A stretch of DNA of 60,753 nt, from the sequence record MW464860.1. The stretch is one strand, 5' to 3'. Within the stretch, counting starts at the first letter, position 1; each line of letters starts with the position of its first letter. Below are positions 45,762 to 55,983 of this stretch, piece after piece. The DNA is from Enterobacter phage EC151. Under the pieces are notes generated by a model. It was not told the origin of the DNA. It ran no database searches and saw only the letters and a list, made by a program, of their open reading frames with translations. Position numbers and translations under genes: made by a program.

Positions 45762-46832
45762 ATGTCTCGTATCGTTCACATTCCGGGCTTTGCTCCAGTT
45801 CGCCTTGGCGCAACTGACATGACCCGAATCGCTGATATTGTAGTTCCAGAAGTATTTGCTGGCTACGTTCAAACCCTGACTCAGGAAAAATCACGTCTGG
45901 TCCAGTCCTCTGCTCTCGTCATGGACGAGCGTCTGAGCGCTAACCTGGTCGGCGGTGGTTTGACCTTCAACGAACCGTTCTATCACGATCTGCTGTCTAC
46001 TGACGGCGATCACGCTGAGAACATCTCTACCGACAACGGCCCAGCGTCTACTCCGGACAAAATTCAGGCAGCGACTGAAATTCAGATTCGTATGTCACGA
46101 AACAAATCCTGGGGTTCTGCTGACCTGACTGCCGCTCTGGCTGGTAACGACCCAATGGACGCTATCGCGAACCGCGTAGCTGACTGGCGCGTTCGTCGCT
46201 TGCAGATGGCATGGTTGGCCACAATGAAGGGCGTGTTCAATACCAACGACGCGGCTCCTGCAAACGGCTCAACCCACACTCAGAAAGACCTGACTCTGGA
46301 TATTTCCAGCCTGTCCGGCGATGCTGCGAAGTTCTCCGCTTCTGCATTCATCTCTGCTACCGGTCTGATGGGTGACAGCATGGGTCAGCTGACTATGGTT
46401 ATGATGCACTCCATCGTATACCAGCAGCTTCAGCGCCTGAACCTGATCGACTTCATCCCTGACGCTCGTGGTGAAGTGAACATTCCGTTCTATCAGGGTC
46501 GTGAAGTTATCGTTGATGACGGTATGCCGAACACTGGTGGTGTGTTCCACACCTATCTGATCGGTGCGGGTGCAACTGCTCTGGGTACCGGTTCGCCGAA
46601 GATGCCTGTAGAAGTACAGCGTAACCCTGAAATGAACAACGGCGCAGGTGAAGAAATCCTGTACAACCGTTGGGAGTGGATCATTCACCCAGTCGGTCAC
46701 GCATGGAAAGGTTCTGCTGCTTCTAAAGGTGGTCCTTCTAACGTTGAACTGGCTACTGCCGGCGCTTTCACTCGCGTATTCCGCGAACGTAAACAGATCC
46801 GCATCGCGCGTCTGATTACGAAAGAAGTGTAA
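45762..46832 (+). CDS. major capsid protein
   Basis: 356 aa. The ATG at 45762 has GGAG 7 nt upstream. It follows the scaffold gene and is followed by a strong terminator. Confidence 0.7.
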   Translation: MSRIVHIPGFAPVRLGATDMTRIADIVVPEVFAGYVQTLTQEKSRLVQSSALVMDERLSANLVGGGLTFNEPFYHDLLSTDGDHAENISTDNGPASTPDKIQAATEIQIRMSRNKSWGSADLTAALAGNDPMDAIANRVADWRVRRLQMAWLATMKGVFNTNDAAPANGSTHTQKDLTLDISSLSGDAAKFSASAFISATGLMGDSMGQLTMVMMHSIVYQQLQRLNLIDFIPDARGEVNIPFYQGREVIVDDGMPNTGGVFHTYLIGAGATALGTGSPKMPVEVQRNPEMNNGAGEEILYNRWEWIIHPVGHAWKGSAASKGGPSNVELATAGAFTRVFRERKQIRIARLITKEV

Positions 46833-46848
46833 TCGGCTAAAAACTAAG

Positions 46849-46872
46849 AGGGCGGCTCCGGCCGCCTTTTTT
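46849..46872 (+). terminator. rho-independent terminator
   Basis: GGCGGC-TCCG-GCCGCC followed by TTTTTT. Confidence 0.85.
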
Positions 46873-46885
46873 AGGAGGGTAGAAA

Positions 46886-47230
46886 ATGCGTCATTTACGC
46901 TATCCGCGGCATCGTCGTCATAACCGATATGAACGTCACGGTGACGCACTTCAGTCATTTATTAATGGCCCTCTGGCTGTTTCAATCCCTGCCACTAAAT
47001 CCGTTGCAACAGGTGCCGCTTTAACTATCGCAGCAACTGCTACGGGTGGTTTCACTCCTTACACTTATGTATGGAAGAAAGGCGGGACTGTAGTCAGCGG
47101 TCAAACATCAGCAACTCTGAACATTGCTTCGGCTGCTTCAGGTGATGCTGGCTCTTATACCTGCGAAGTGACCGATGCGAAAGGTACTGTAGTTGCCTCG
47201 AGCGCTTGCGTTGTTACTGTAACGGCTTAA
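46886..47230 (+). CDS. Ig-like domain protein, candidate capsid decoration (Hoc-like)
   Basis: GGAGGG RBS. Arg/His-rich N-terminus followed by an Ig-like fold pattern (TYVWKKGGTVVSGQTSATLNIASAASGDAGSYTCEVTDAKG). Confidence 0.5.
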   Translation: MRHLRYPRHRRHNRYERHGDALQSFINGPLAVSIPATKSVATGAALTIAATATGGFTPYTYVWKKGGTVVSGQTSATLNIASAASGDAGSYTCEVTDAKGTVVASSACVVTVTA

Positions 47231-47335
47231 CAGATAAGGGTGGAAGGGGAATTGGTCTAGCTTTCCTTGTTTAGACGAAGGTGTTACACTCGCATTGTTG
47301 TAACGCCTTTCTTTTTCTTCCCTGAGGACTAAACA

Positions 47336-48025
47336 ATGAGTGAAAAAATTATTACCGCTCTGAAAACGCTGGACGTTAAGACTGACGCGCAGTGGACCCA
47401 GGACGGACAGGTTAACCTGAACGCTTTCAAATTCGTTAATGGTGGCGAGTCTGTTACCCGTGAGCAGCTTGAAGAAGCGGCTCCTGGATTCAACCGCGAA
47501 ACTGCCGCGACTTACTTCGACGAGAAGAAAGAAGGCGAAGGTTCTGCGCCAACCGTTACTCAAAACGTGACGGGCAATGTAACCGCTGATAATGTGGCTA
47601 CTATCCTGGAGAACGCGAATGCAACTTCTGAAAACGCTTCTGAAGAAGGCAAAAAGACTTACGGCGGATCAATGCGTATTGGTGTTGACATCACGTTATC
47701 CGATGCTATAAAAACTCTGATCGGTATTGCAGGACGTGAAGACTTTAACGTTGCCGACCTGGACGACGAACGCCTGGCATACGTTGTCAAGTCTGTACCA
47801 GAACACCGCAATCAGCTGATCAATTTGCGCGAAGAGTTCAACGCGGTTATCGAAAAAGAGTTCAATCTTCTGGTTGAGCTGGAAGGCGAGCAAGAGCGCC
47901 GTACTCCAAAAGAGAACCATGCCGATCTGGTCAAGCGCGTACACGAAGCGAACGCCAACAGCAAATTCATTGTTGACCAGCCTCGCCAGCGCGTAGCTCC
48001 TCCGATCCCTCCTCTGAAGAAGTAA
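47336..48025 (+). CDS. hypothetical structural protein (229 aa)
   Basis: ORF in the head module. Confidence 0.45.
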   Translation: MSEKIITALKTLDVKTDAQWTQDGQVNLNAFKFVNGGESVTREQLEEAAPGFNRETAATYFDEKKEGEGSAPTVTQNVTGNVTADNVATILENANATSENASEEGKKTYGGSMRIGVDITLSDAIKTLIGIAGREDFNVADLDDERLAYVVKSVPEHRNQLINLREEFNAVIEKEFNLLVELEGEQERRTPKENHADLVKRVHEANANSKFIVDQPRQRVAPPIPPLKK

Positions 48026-48034
48026 GGAGCGATC

Positions 48035-48373
48035 ATGGCCTCCATGCGATCTGACAAGCCGTTCAAAGCCTGGCTGGTTGGGCGTAACCGCAAGCGTCGC
48101 ATGGAGGCTAACCCACAGCCTCCTACTATCGCGACCATTGACTGGCTCGCCGCTCCTCCTGCTACAGGTTCAGTTGATACTGATTACACAGCCACGTGGT
48201 CTGGCGGTATGCCACCTTACCGGGCAGTAATAACAGGCCCTGGTGGTATTGTAAAAGAACAGTTCAACTATCTAAATACAATTACTTTAAACGTGAGCGA
48301 GGCAGGTGATTACACCTGGAGCATTAGCGATTCGTTTGGTAATTTAACCGAAAGCACGACAACCATTTCATAA
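48035..48373 (+). CDS. hypothetical structural protein (112 aa)
   Basis: ORF with an AAGGAG RBS. Confidence 0.45.
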   Translation: MASMRSDKPFKAWLVGRNRKRRMEANPQPPTIATIDWLAAPPATGSVDTDYTATWSGGMPPYRAVITGPGGIVKEQFNYLNTITLNVSEAGDYTWSISDSFGNLTESTTTIS

Positions 48374-48382
48374 GGAGGCGTT

Positions 48383-48871
48383 ATGGCTATCACCTTAGTT
48401 ATCGAAGACGGTACTGGCAAACCTAACGCCAACTCCTATGCTACAGTTGACGAGGCCAAAGCATATGCCGAATCTCGCGGTGTTACTCTTGGTTCTGATG
48501 ATTCCATTGCCGCTAATCTGGTGTTGGCTGCTGATTTCATGGAAACTACAGGGCCATACAAAGGATTCGTTTACAACGATATGCAAGGGCTCGAATTCCC
48601 TCGTAGAGAAAGAGCTGGCGGCCCATCGCTCGGCATACCTGAAAAAGTTAAGAAGGCCCAGTGCCAGCTTCTGCTGGACATTAAAGAGAGCGGCGCTCTG
48701 CTTACTAGCAATCGCCAGTTCGCGCTCAAACGCCGTAAGCTCGAAGGGCTCGAGCAAGAATGGGCGGTAGGGTCTTACGCAGCTTACAAGCCCAAAGCGG
48801 CCCATCCACTTTATGATCATCTTATGAGCGGTTTCACCACCTATGCGGGCGGAGGCTACTTGATAAGATGA
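48383..48871 (+). CDS. head-tail connector/adaptor protein (gp6-like)
   Basis: The N-terminus ITL....TVDEAKAY pattern is typical of Phage_connect_1. Canonical position. Confidence 0.5.
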   Translation: MAITLVIEDGTGKPNANSYATVDEAKAYAESRGVTLGSDDSIAANLVLAADFMETTGPYKGFVYNDMQGLEFPRRERAGGPSLGIPEKVKKAQCQLLLDIKESGALLTSNRQFALKRRKLEGLEQEWAVGSYAAYKPKAAHPLYDHLMSGFTTYAGGGYLIR

Positions 48872-49239
48872 GTACCTATGATGATTTCCACGAAATGGCG
48901 CAGGAGCTTCTGAGCGACCCTGATATCTGCTCTAATGCTGTTATCAAAGTTCAAGATACTGCGCCGGACCCAACAAAGCCTTGGAAACTACCAGAGGACA
49001 ATCCGGTCACGTCCCATCCTGTTACGTGCTTCTACTACAAGCCAAAAAACAATATGGTAAACGGAACCGTCATTACCACTGGTCAGAAGGCTGTTCTGGT
49101 TCAGACCGATGTTTCCAAGGCTCTCCTCTTATTAGCCACATGGGTAGATGCTGAGTTTAATGAATGGCAGATTAAAACCTTTGAGGCAATAGAGCTGAAC
49201 GATAAACCGATCTATTATAAACTTCTAATAGGTACATAA
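48868..49239 (+). CDS. head closure / head-tail joining protein
   Basis: Position and size (123 aa). Confidence 0.4.
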   Translation: MSTYDDFHEMAQELLSDPDICSNAVIKVQDTAPDPTKPWKLPEDNPVTSHPVTCFYYKPKNNMVNGTVITTGQKAVLVQTDVSKALLLLATWVDAEFNEWQIKTFEAIELNDKPIYYKLLIGT

Positions 49240-49240
49240 C

Positions 49241-49654
49241 ATGGCAAGGCCTTCGTTTCGTGATCAGTTTGATAAAGCTACGCTGAAAGCAATGACAGCA
49301 GTGTCGCGCGAAGCGAAGGCCCGCCTTATGGGGTTCGTTGGAGCGGTTGTTGATGATACCCCAGTTCTAACAGGCAAGTTAAAAGGTTCCTGGCAGATTG
49401 TCAAGACAGGTGCTGAGTTTCTAAATGACCTTCCCGTAGACCCTGAGGGCGCAGCTACTAAAGCGCGACTCATTCAAAAGATAAAATATCTTCCCATACA
49501 TATGGACTGGCAAATCATGTTTGGTACACCCGTACCGTGGGCTCATAAAATTGAATATGAAGGCTGGTCTAAAAAGGCTCCGTCGGGTATGGTTCGCAAG
49601 AATATTATTCTCGGCGGTGAGCGATTTAAAAGCATTTACTTAGGATACTTCTAA
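49241..49654 (+). CDS. HK97 gp10-like neck/tail completion protein
   Basis: Position, size and the LTGKLKGSW motif. Confidence 0.45.
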   Translation: MARPSFRDQFDKATLKAMTAVSREAKARLMGFVGAVVDDTPVLTGKLKGSWQIVKTGAEFLNDLPVDPEGAATKARLIQKIKYLPIHMDWQIMFGTPVPWAHKIEYEGWSKKAPSGMVRKNIILGGERFKSIYLGYF

Positions 49655-50103
49655 TGGCATTTGAATGGGTAGAAGATAACATTCTAGGCTTAGTTGCTGG
49701 AGGCCTCCCACAGTACGTGAATGACATCGCTTGGAAGAATTTGAAATTTGACCCGGCTAAGCGTATATTGTGGTTAAAAGTAATCAACGTTCCTGTCACA
49801 GAGGATTCAGCTACGCTGGGACTTCATGGTGAGAACGAAAAAGTCGGCTTCTTGCAAATTGGTGTCTACCAGAAAGCTGGTACAGGCACCGATAAATCGT
49901 CTGAAGCCTTACATGCTCTGAATTCGCTGCTCGCTATCCCGCGGCGTTTGAATGCTCCTCCTGGTTGTTTGCTCCGGCTGACGAACAAGATGAGTGGACA
50001 GGGTGGCCAAACGTCGCTGGCGGATACAACCGCTGGAGGTACCGAAGGCTTATGGGATGCACAATATCTGACCGTGTACTGGCTCGCACGTGAGCCTAGA
50101 TAA
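49654..50103 (+). CDS. tail terminator-like protein
   Basis: Position immediately upstream of the major tail protein. Confidence 0.4.
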   Translation: MAFEWVEDNILGLVAGGLPQYVNDIAWKNLKFDPAKRILWLKVINVPVTEDSATLGLHGENEKVGFLQIGVYQKAGTGTDKSSEALHALNSLLAIPRRLNAPPGCLLRLTNKMSGQGGQTSLADTTAGGTEGLWDAQYLTVYWLAREPR

Positions 50104-50115
50104 GAGGATACAGCA

Positions 50116-51291
50116 ATGGCAGAAGGTTCACGTTATGCCAGCTACTTCGTACAAGAACCATCAAGCGGCGTTTCCCCTGCGAATGCTGCTTTGAAGGTCT
50201 TTCGTGCGACTAAGTCTGGTTTAGATATCAGCATTGCGGCGTTACAGTCCGACGAGATTCGTAACGATGCCGAAATCGCTGATTTCCGTTTAGGTGCTCG
50301 CCACGTTGAAGGCACGGCATCGGCTGAACTGTCCTACGGGACGTTCGACGATCTGCTGGCCGCAGCGCTCCGCGGTACCTGGGCATCTGATACGCTGGTC
50401 GCGGGTATCCTGCGCCCGAGCTTTACTTTCGTCGACTTCAACGCTGACATCAACGATTTACCTTACACCATTTATCGTGGTTGTGAAGTAAACTCGTTGA
50501 ACATCAAAATCTCTGCATCAGCAATGGTGACAGTTGAGTTTGGTATTGTCGGTCGTACTATGGAACAGCGAGCGGCTCTGCCGGCTGGTTGGACTGTAGG
50601 TAGCCGCACAGTTACTAGTCCGATGGATGGTTTCTCTGGTGGTCTGTCTGCTAACGGTGTGAAAAACAACGTTATCACTGAGCTCTCCATTGATATCAAC
50701 AACGGTATCGAACCGCGCTTTGTTGTTGGTTCCAAATACTCTATCCGCCCTGGTGCGAAGCGCCGTAACGTGACTGGTTCACTTACTGCTTACTTCGAAG
50801 ATAACACCTTACGTCTGGCGTATCTGAACGAACTGCCACAGGCAATCGTGATGACGCTGTCTGACGGTGCATCAGGTAACACGTATGAAATCACCATGCC
50901 TAAAGTCAAACTGACTGAAGCACCTCGTCCGATCGACGGTGAAGGCGATATCATGCAGAACATCTCTTACCGCGGTTTGTTGGACGCTACCGCAGCGACC
51001 TCAATCAAGATCGTGCGTAAAGTTGTCGTACCTGACGCGGAAGGTGTAATCATTACTCCTGCCTATGTGGACACTGTAGCAGGTGCTGCCACACAGCAGT
51101 TCAACGCGACTGTTCTGGGTACTACGGCGCAAGGTGTTACCTGGGCAGTCAGCCCGACTGGTAACGGTACTATTAGCGCGTCTGGCTTGTTTACTGCTGA
51201 CGAAGCTGCGACTGGTGAAACTACCATTACCGCAACGTCAACGAAAACAAACACCGTTGCTGGTACTGCCCGAATCGGTTCTATTACTTAA
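50116..51291 (+). CDS. major tail protein with C-terminal Big_2 Ig-like domain
   Basis: 391 aa. C-terminal Big_2 (VDTVAGAATQQFNATVLGTTAQGVTWAVSPTGNGTISASGLFTADEAATGETTITATS). Confidence 0.65.
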   Translation: MAEGSRYASYFVQEPSSGVSPANAALKVFRATKSGLDISIAALQSDEIRNDAEIADFRLGARHVEGTASAELSYGTFDDLLAAALRGTWASDTLVAGILRPSFTFVDFNADINDLPYTIYRGCEVNSLNIKISASAMVTVEFGIVGRTMEQRAALPAGWTVGSRTVTSPMDGFSGGLSANGVKNNVITELSIDINNGIEPRFVVGSKYSIRPGAKRRNVTGSLTAYFEDNTLRLAYLNELPQAIVMTLSDGASGNTYEITMPKVKLTEAPRPIDGEGDIMQNISYRGLLDATAATSIKIVRKVVVPDAEGVIITPAYVDTVAGAATQQFNATVLGTTAQGVTWAVSPTGNGTISASGLFTADEAATGETTITATSTKTNTVAGTARIGSIT

Positions 51292-51308
51292 TAGAGTTGA
51301 CTTCAAAA

Positions 51309-51335
51309 AGGCTCCTTCGGGGGCCTTTTCTTTTG
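51309..51335 (+). terminator. rho-independent terminator
   Basis: GGCTCC-TTCG-GGGGCC followed by TTTTCTTTT. Confidence 0.65.
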
Positions 51336-51386
51336 GGCGCTTTCCTGCTATATTCAGTTCTGACCTAATCCTCCCGGAGAATAATA

Positions 51387-51776
51387 ATGGGCAGCTTCAA
51401 GAAATATAATACCGTTCGTGACTTCCAGGACTCCACCCACGTCCTTAAACTTGTATACCCAGGTGTTGGCGATACAGGTGAAACTCTGACTATTCGTAGC
51501 CAGTACAGCAAAGAATTCCGTGAAGCCAAAGCGCGGGCAACACGTCAGATCTCCACTTTAACTATCGCTCGCAAAGGTAAAGACCTGGCAGACGATGAAG
51601 TTAAACTGATCGAAGATACTCAGTTCGCAGCGCTGATCGCTGGCTGGTCCTTTGAAGAAGAATGTACCGTGGAAAATATCATCGAATTCCTCGATGCTAA
51701 CCCGCAGGTATATGATCTGATCAATACCACCGCCGCGCAAGACACCCTTTTTTTAAAGAAACCCGCGAAAAAGTAA
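51387..51776 (+). CDS. tail assembly chaperone (gpG-like)
   Basis: 129-aa acidic protein immediately upstream of the tape measure gene. Confidence 0.6.
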   Translation: MGSFKKYNTVRDFQDSTHVLKLVYPGVGDTGETLTIRSQYSKEFREAKARATRQISTLTIARKGKDLADDEVKLIEDTQFAALIAGWSFEEECTVENIIEFLDANPQVYDLINTTAAQDTLFLKKPAKK

Positions 51777-52129
51777 TTGAGTATGCGTTGCTCCATTGGA
51801 AGATGGCTTTGCCACCCATTGGAGCAACTTCTTCCCTCCTCACACAACTCGAACACGTTCGAAAGGTAACTGGAAAGACTCCTTCACAGCTCGAAGAATA
51901 TGAGAGCAAAGAGTTACCTAAAGAACTGGCCTATATTTATCTTTACTTTCAAGACTTTTACAACGGAGATCAGTTTAGTTATACTGAGCTTCAATCATGG
52001 CAGAAGTTTATTGGCTTTGATCTTGCATACTGGGAAGCCGAGCTGATACGCCAACTATGTCTTGAGCGTTTAGCCTTCGACTTTAAGCGTCAGCAAGACT
52101 TTATCAAGTCGCAGAAAGGTAAAAAATAA
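51387..52129 (+). CDS. tail assembly chaperone GT-like fusion via a predicted programmed -1 ribosomal frameshift
   Basis: The -1 frame is open from the T TTT TTA heptamer (within CCCTTTTTTTAAAG) through the G stop into ORF 51788..52129. A second candidate slip site, G AAA AAG, lies just before the stop. This is the classic G/GT arrangement. Confidence 0.45.
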
Positions 52130-55100
52130 ATGGCCGATTCAGATATCATTATCCGAGTCAGAACAGATGGTACAGCAGCAGCCGAGACCGCGCTCAAGCG
52201 CCTCGGTGATGTTGGTGTGCGTACTGAAGTCGTCACTGACTCTATGGCCCGTGCTTTTGAGCGCAACAACAAAGCGATTCAGGCTAATACCGTTGCTATG
52301 CAAGCAATGCAGGCTCTCGGTATTGTTACCTTTCTTGCTGGCCTTGTTGGCGGTGTTGCTAAACTTAATGACACATATACTAGCCTAACCAACAAACTTG
52401 TCAACGCAAACAGCGCACATGAAGATCTCCTGGTGGTACAACAGAGAGTCTTTGATATTGCGCAGAAGTCGCGAACAGGTTTGGAGGCTACCGCTACGCT
52501 ATACGCACGTTTGGAGCGTTCGCTTGCGCAGTACGGCGCGACCTCCGGGCAGATTGCGCGTGTAACGGAAACGGTAAGTAAGGCGATGATTGTTTCCGGT
52601 GCGACTGCGCAGGAAGCCAACGCCGCTATTATTCAGCTCTCGCAGGGCCTCCAGTCTGGTACACTTCGCGGGGATGAATTCCGTTCCGTTGCTGAACAGG
52701 CTCCACGTCTGCTTAAAGCTATGGCCGATAGCCTTGGCGTAACCACAGGTGAACTTCGTGCGCTTGCTGGACAAGGTAAACTCACCGCTGACGTTGTAGC
52801 GAAGTCTATCTATGATGCCTCAGCAGCAATCGACAAAGAGTTCAACAACACTATCGCTACATTCAGCCAGAAGCTGACCGTTGCCAACAACAACCTCTTG
52901 AAGTTCGCAGGAACTAATGAGTCTGTAGGTGGTGCAACTTCTGTTCTGGGTGATGGTATCCTTTTACTGTCACAGAACCTCGATTCCGTTGCGACAATTG
53001 TGGGCGTGGTAGCTACTGCGTTCACTGGTAAACTGATCACGGCGCTTATTGCTAGCCAAGCCGCCTCCATTCGCGTAGCAGCAGCGCAAGCAACAGAGAT
53101 GGCAACTGCGAAGGCGCTGACGAGTACCCGCGTACAGGACGCAGCGGCGGCAGTACAACAGGCAACAGCGACCCTGGCAGTGGCCGAAGCAGATAGAGCG
53201 GCAGCGCTCGCAGCTCTGCAATCAAACCAGGCTTACTATAAAGGCTTGCCAACGCTCAACGCATATTACCAGGCAAAGAATCAGGTTACTACTGCTACGA
53301 CTGCGTTGACTACTGCTACCACGACGATGAACGGTGTTGTGGCTACCGCTACGGCTCGCGCTGGTGCAATGGCAATTGCTATGACTGGTCTGCGAACTGC
53401 TATGGGCTTGCTTGGCGGTCCTGTAGGTATGATCATGCTCGCGGTTGGTGCTCTGGTGATGTGGAATCAGCATCAGAAGCAAGCTATCGAAAACGCTCGT
53501 CAGTTGGGAACAGATACAGACACTCTCACGAACAAACTGCGAAACATGACTGCCGCGCAACAGCAAGCGCTGGCGGTTGAATTGCAACGTTCACAGGTTA
53601 AACTAACAGACCAGCTGAAAGAAGAACAGAATGAACTTCAGGAGTTAACGAACCGACGTTATAACGCTACCCAGGCTCTCAAGAACTCAACGGAAGGTAC
53701 TCGCGCATATAAAGCGGCGCAAGATGCCCTGAAAGAGATCAACGACGACATTACTGTTCAGAACGGTCAGATTTCAACTACTCAGCAGCAGTTGAACAAC
53801 AGCCGCGATAACTTGCGCGTCGTAACAGAGAACCTGGCAGCAGGTGAACGCGGTTTGAAAGCCGCCGTAGATGGTACTAACACATCTATGAACTTGGCAA
53901 CTAGAGCGGCCACACAGCGTTCCGACGATCTTACTCGTGCCTTGCAAGCGCAGAACGCAGAGAATGACGTTGCACAGCTTAAACTAGCTGGTAATGCCCG
54001 CGCCGCTTCTCAGCTTGCTGATGTTCAATCCCGTATGCCTAAAGTGTACGCGGCGAACAAAGCATTCATTGACGATCTGATTACTGGTCATGCTGGCTTA
54101 ACCACAGTTATGACTAACGAACAACTCGGCATTAAAGAGTTTATCGATCAGGCAGGTAAAGCCTACGATGCTCAAGAGAAGCTGCGTCAGAACAAGAAAG
54201 ATGAAGCACAAGGCAAGCGCGATGAAAATGCTGCCATGCGTTATCAAGAACAGTGGGATAAAGCCTACGAGCGAACAGAAGCTCGCGGTGCTACTGCCCT
54301 GGACCGTTTGAAGATACAGCAGGACGCAGAGACTCGGGCTATAACTGACAAGGCTACCCGCGCGGGCGCTACGCAGGAACAGCTCGGTAATGCTTTAACC
54401 GCCATTGACGCGAAGTATGCGCGTGAACGTCAGAAAATTGCTGACCAGTTTAATCCTGCTGGTAAAGCAAAGACTGATTACGAAGAAGCTCTCAAAACCA
54501 TTGATCAGTTGCAACGTGCAGGCTTGCTCGATCAGCAAGAGATTAACAACGCTAAGCTGACAGCAGAAGCAACGTATCTTCAAGCTAAGATGCAACTGGC
54601 GCAGGAATACGCAGTAAGCGAGCGCGATCAGTTGAAAGCCGAGTATGATCCGGTGCAAGCAGCTCAGAACGAATATGCGCAAAAGTTGGCATTGTTGACT
54701 GAATCGCATAACCTGGGGTTAGTTGAAGAGCAACGTTTCTTCGACTTGCGTCACCAGTATTATACCGACTTTTTACAGAAACAGGCAGTGGCCCAGAACC
54801 AGGAAGTGTTAGGCTTCTTGGAATCCTCTTCAACCATGGCAGGAAGCATGGCATCTGTTCTGGAGAATATGGGCGCTAAGAACTCCGGTGCTTATAAGGC
54901 CATGTTCGCACTGTCTAAAGCGTTTGCAATCGGTGAAGCGTCACTGAAACTGACTACGGCAATGGTCCAGGCTATGGCGGACCCAACAGCCCTCACCCCG
55001 ATGCAGAAGTTCGCAAACTATGCCTTGGTTGCTTCAGCAGGTGCTGCTTTGATACAGCAAATTACCAGCGCAACCATGACAGGTATGGCACACGACGGTA

Positions 55101-55390
55101 TTACGGAGATCCCGAAAGAAGGTACGTGGTTACTTCAGAAAGGTGAACGTGTACTGTCAGCGCAGCAGAACGCCGACTTCACTAACTTTATGCGGGGCGG
55201 TGGTTCAACTGGCGGAACTACATCAAGTGGTGGTAATGTAACACAATACATCACAGTTTCCGGCGCTGGTGATCAGGCTCTGGCGGACGCAGTTCAACGC
55301 GCTACCGCTGACGGTGCAGAACAAGGCTACAACCGAGTTCTTACTGATGTCACCAACCGCGGCAACGTTAGCCGTAAGATCGGGAGATAA
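52130..55390 (+). CDS. tail tape measure protein
   Basis: 1086-aa, mostly coiled-coil protein downstream of the G/GT genes. Confidence 0.85.
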   Translation: MADSDIIIRVRTDGTAAAETALKRLGDVGVRTEVVTDSMARAFERNNKAIQANTVAMQAMQALGIVTFLAGLVGGVAKLNDTYTSLTNKLVNANSAHEDLLVVQQRVFDIAQKSRTGLEATATLYARLERSLAQYGATSGQIARVTETVSKAMIVSGATAQEANAAIIQLSQGLQSGTLRGDEFRSVAEQAPRLLKAMADSLGVTTGELRALAGQGKLTADVVAKSIYDASAAIDKEFNNTIATFSQKLTVANNNLLKFAGTNESVGGATSVLGDGILLLSQNLDSVATIVGVVATAFTGKLITALIASQAASIRVAAAQATEMATAKALTSTRVQDAAAAVQQATATLAVAEADRAAALAALQSNQAYYKGLPTLNAYYQAKNQVTTATTALTTATTTMNGVVATATARAGAMAIAMTGLRTAMGLLGGPVGMIMLAVGALVMWNQHQKQAIENARQLGTDTDTLTNKLRNMTAAQQQALAVELQRSQVKLTDQLKEEQNELQELTNRRYNATQALKNSTEGTRAYKAAQDALKEINDDITVQNGQISTTQQQLNNSRDNLRVVTENLAAGERGLKAAVDGTNTSMNLATRAATQRSDDLTRALQAQNAENDVAQLKLAGNARAASQLADVQSRMPKVYAANKAFIDDLITGHAGLTTVMTNEQLGIKEFIDQAGKAYDAQEKLRQNKKDEAQGKRDENAAMRYQEQWDKAYERTEARGATALDRLKIQQDAETRAITDKATRAGATQEQLGNALTAIDAKYARERQKIADQFNPAGKAKTDYEEALKTIDQLQRAGLLDQQEINNAKLTAEATYLQAKMQLAQEYAVSERDQLKAEYDPVQAAQNEYAQKLALLTESHNLGLVEEQRFFDLRHQYYTDFLQKQAVAQNQEVLGFLESSSTMAGSMASVLENMGAKNSGAYKAMFALSKAFAIGEASLKLTTAMVQAMADPTALTPMQKFANYALVASAGAALIQQITSATMTGMAHDGITEIPKEGTWLLQKGERVLSAQQNADFTNFMRGGGSTGGTTSSGGNVTQYITVSGAGDQALADAVQRATADGAEQGYNRVLTDVTNRGNVSRKIGR

Positions 55391-55392
55391 TA

Positions 55393-55983
55393 ATGGCGAC
55401 CTTAGTATGGCCCGACGGCATTCTGCCAGCCAGCTTTGATTGGTACTTAAACTCGAATGGTTCGAGCTTCACAAGCCCATGGAACGGGCAAACTCAGACA
55501 GTTCGTTATCCAGGCTCTGCATGGCAAGCTCAGATGACACTGTCAAACCTGGACGACTACGAAACTCGCGAAGTAGAAGTAATTCTGGTTCAGCTGGATG
55601 GTATGGCTGGTCGAATTAAACTTCGCGACTTCGGTCGCTTTGCTAGCCCTGTTCAAGGTACCCCACGAGTCAACGGGGCAGGACAAACAGGCTCAAGCCT
55701 TGTAACAGATGGCTGGACTCCTTCAGTTAAAGTTCTGTCTAAAGGCGATTATTTCACCGTTGGTGACGAGCTTAAAATGACGCTGGCGGACGTTGTAAGT
55801 AACGCAAGCGGCGCGGCTACTATCCCCTTTGGGCCGCAGCTACGCAACAGCCCGGCCGACAACCTTGTTCTTGAGGTAGCTAACCCATACGCTATCTTTA
55901 GACTCGAAGGCGGTAAGAACGGCGTTAAACGTTCTCCAGCATTTAACAACGACTTTACCCTGAACTTTGTGGAGGCGTTCTAA
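55393..55983 (+). CDS. minor tail protein (gpM-like position)
   Basis: Position after the TMP; 196 aa. Confidence 0.5.
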   Translation: MATLVWPDGILPASFDWYLNSNGSSFTSPWNGQTQTVRYPGSAWQAQMTLSNLDDYETREVEVILVQLDGMAGRIKLRDFGRFASPVQGTPRVNGAGQTGSSLVTDGWTPSVKVLSKGDYFTVGDELKMTLADVVSNASGAATIPFGPQLRNSPADNLVLEVANPYAIFRLEGGKNGVKRSPAFNNDFTLNFVEAF

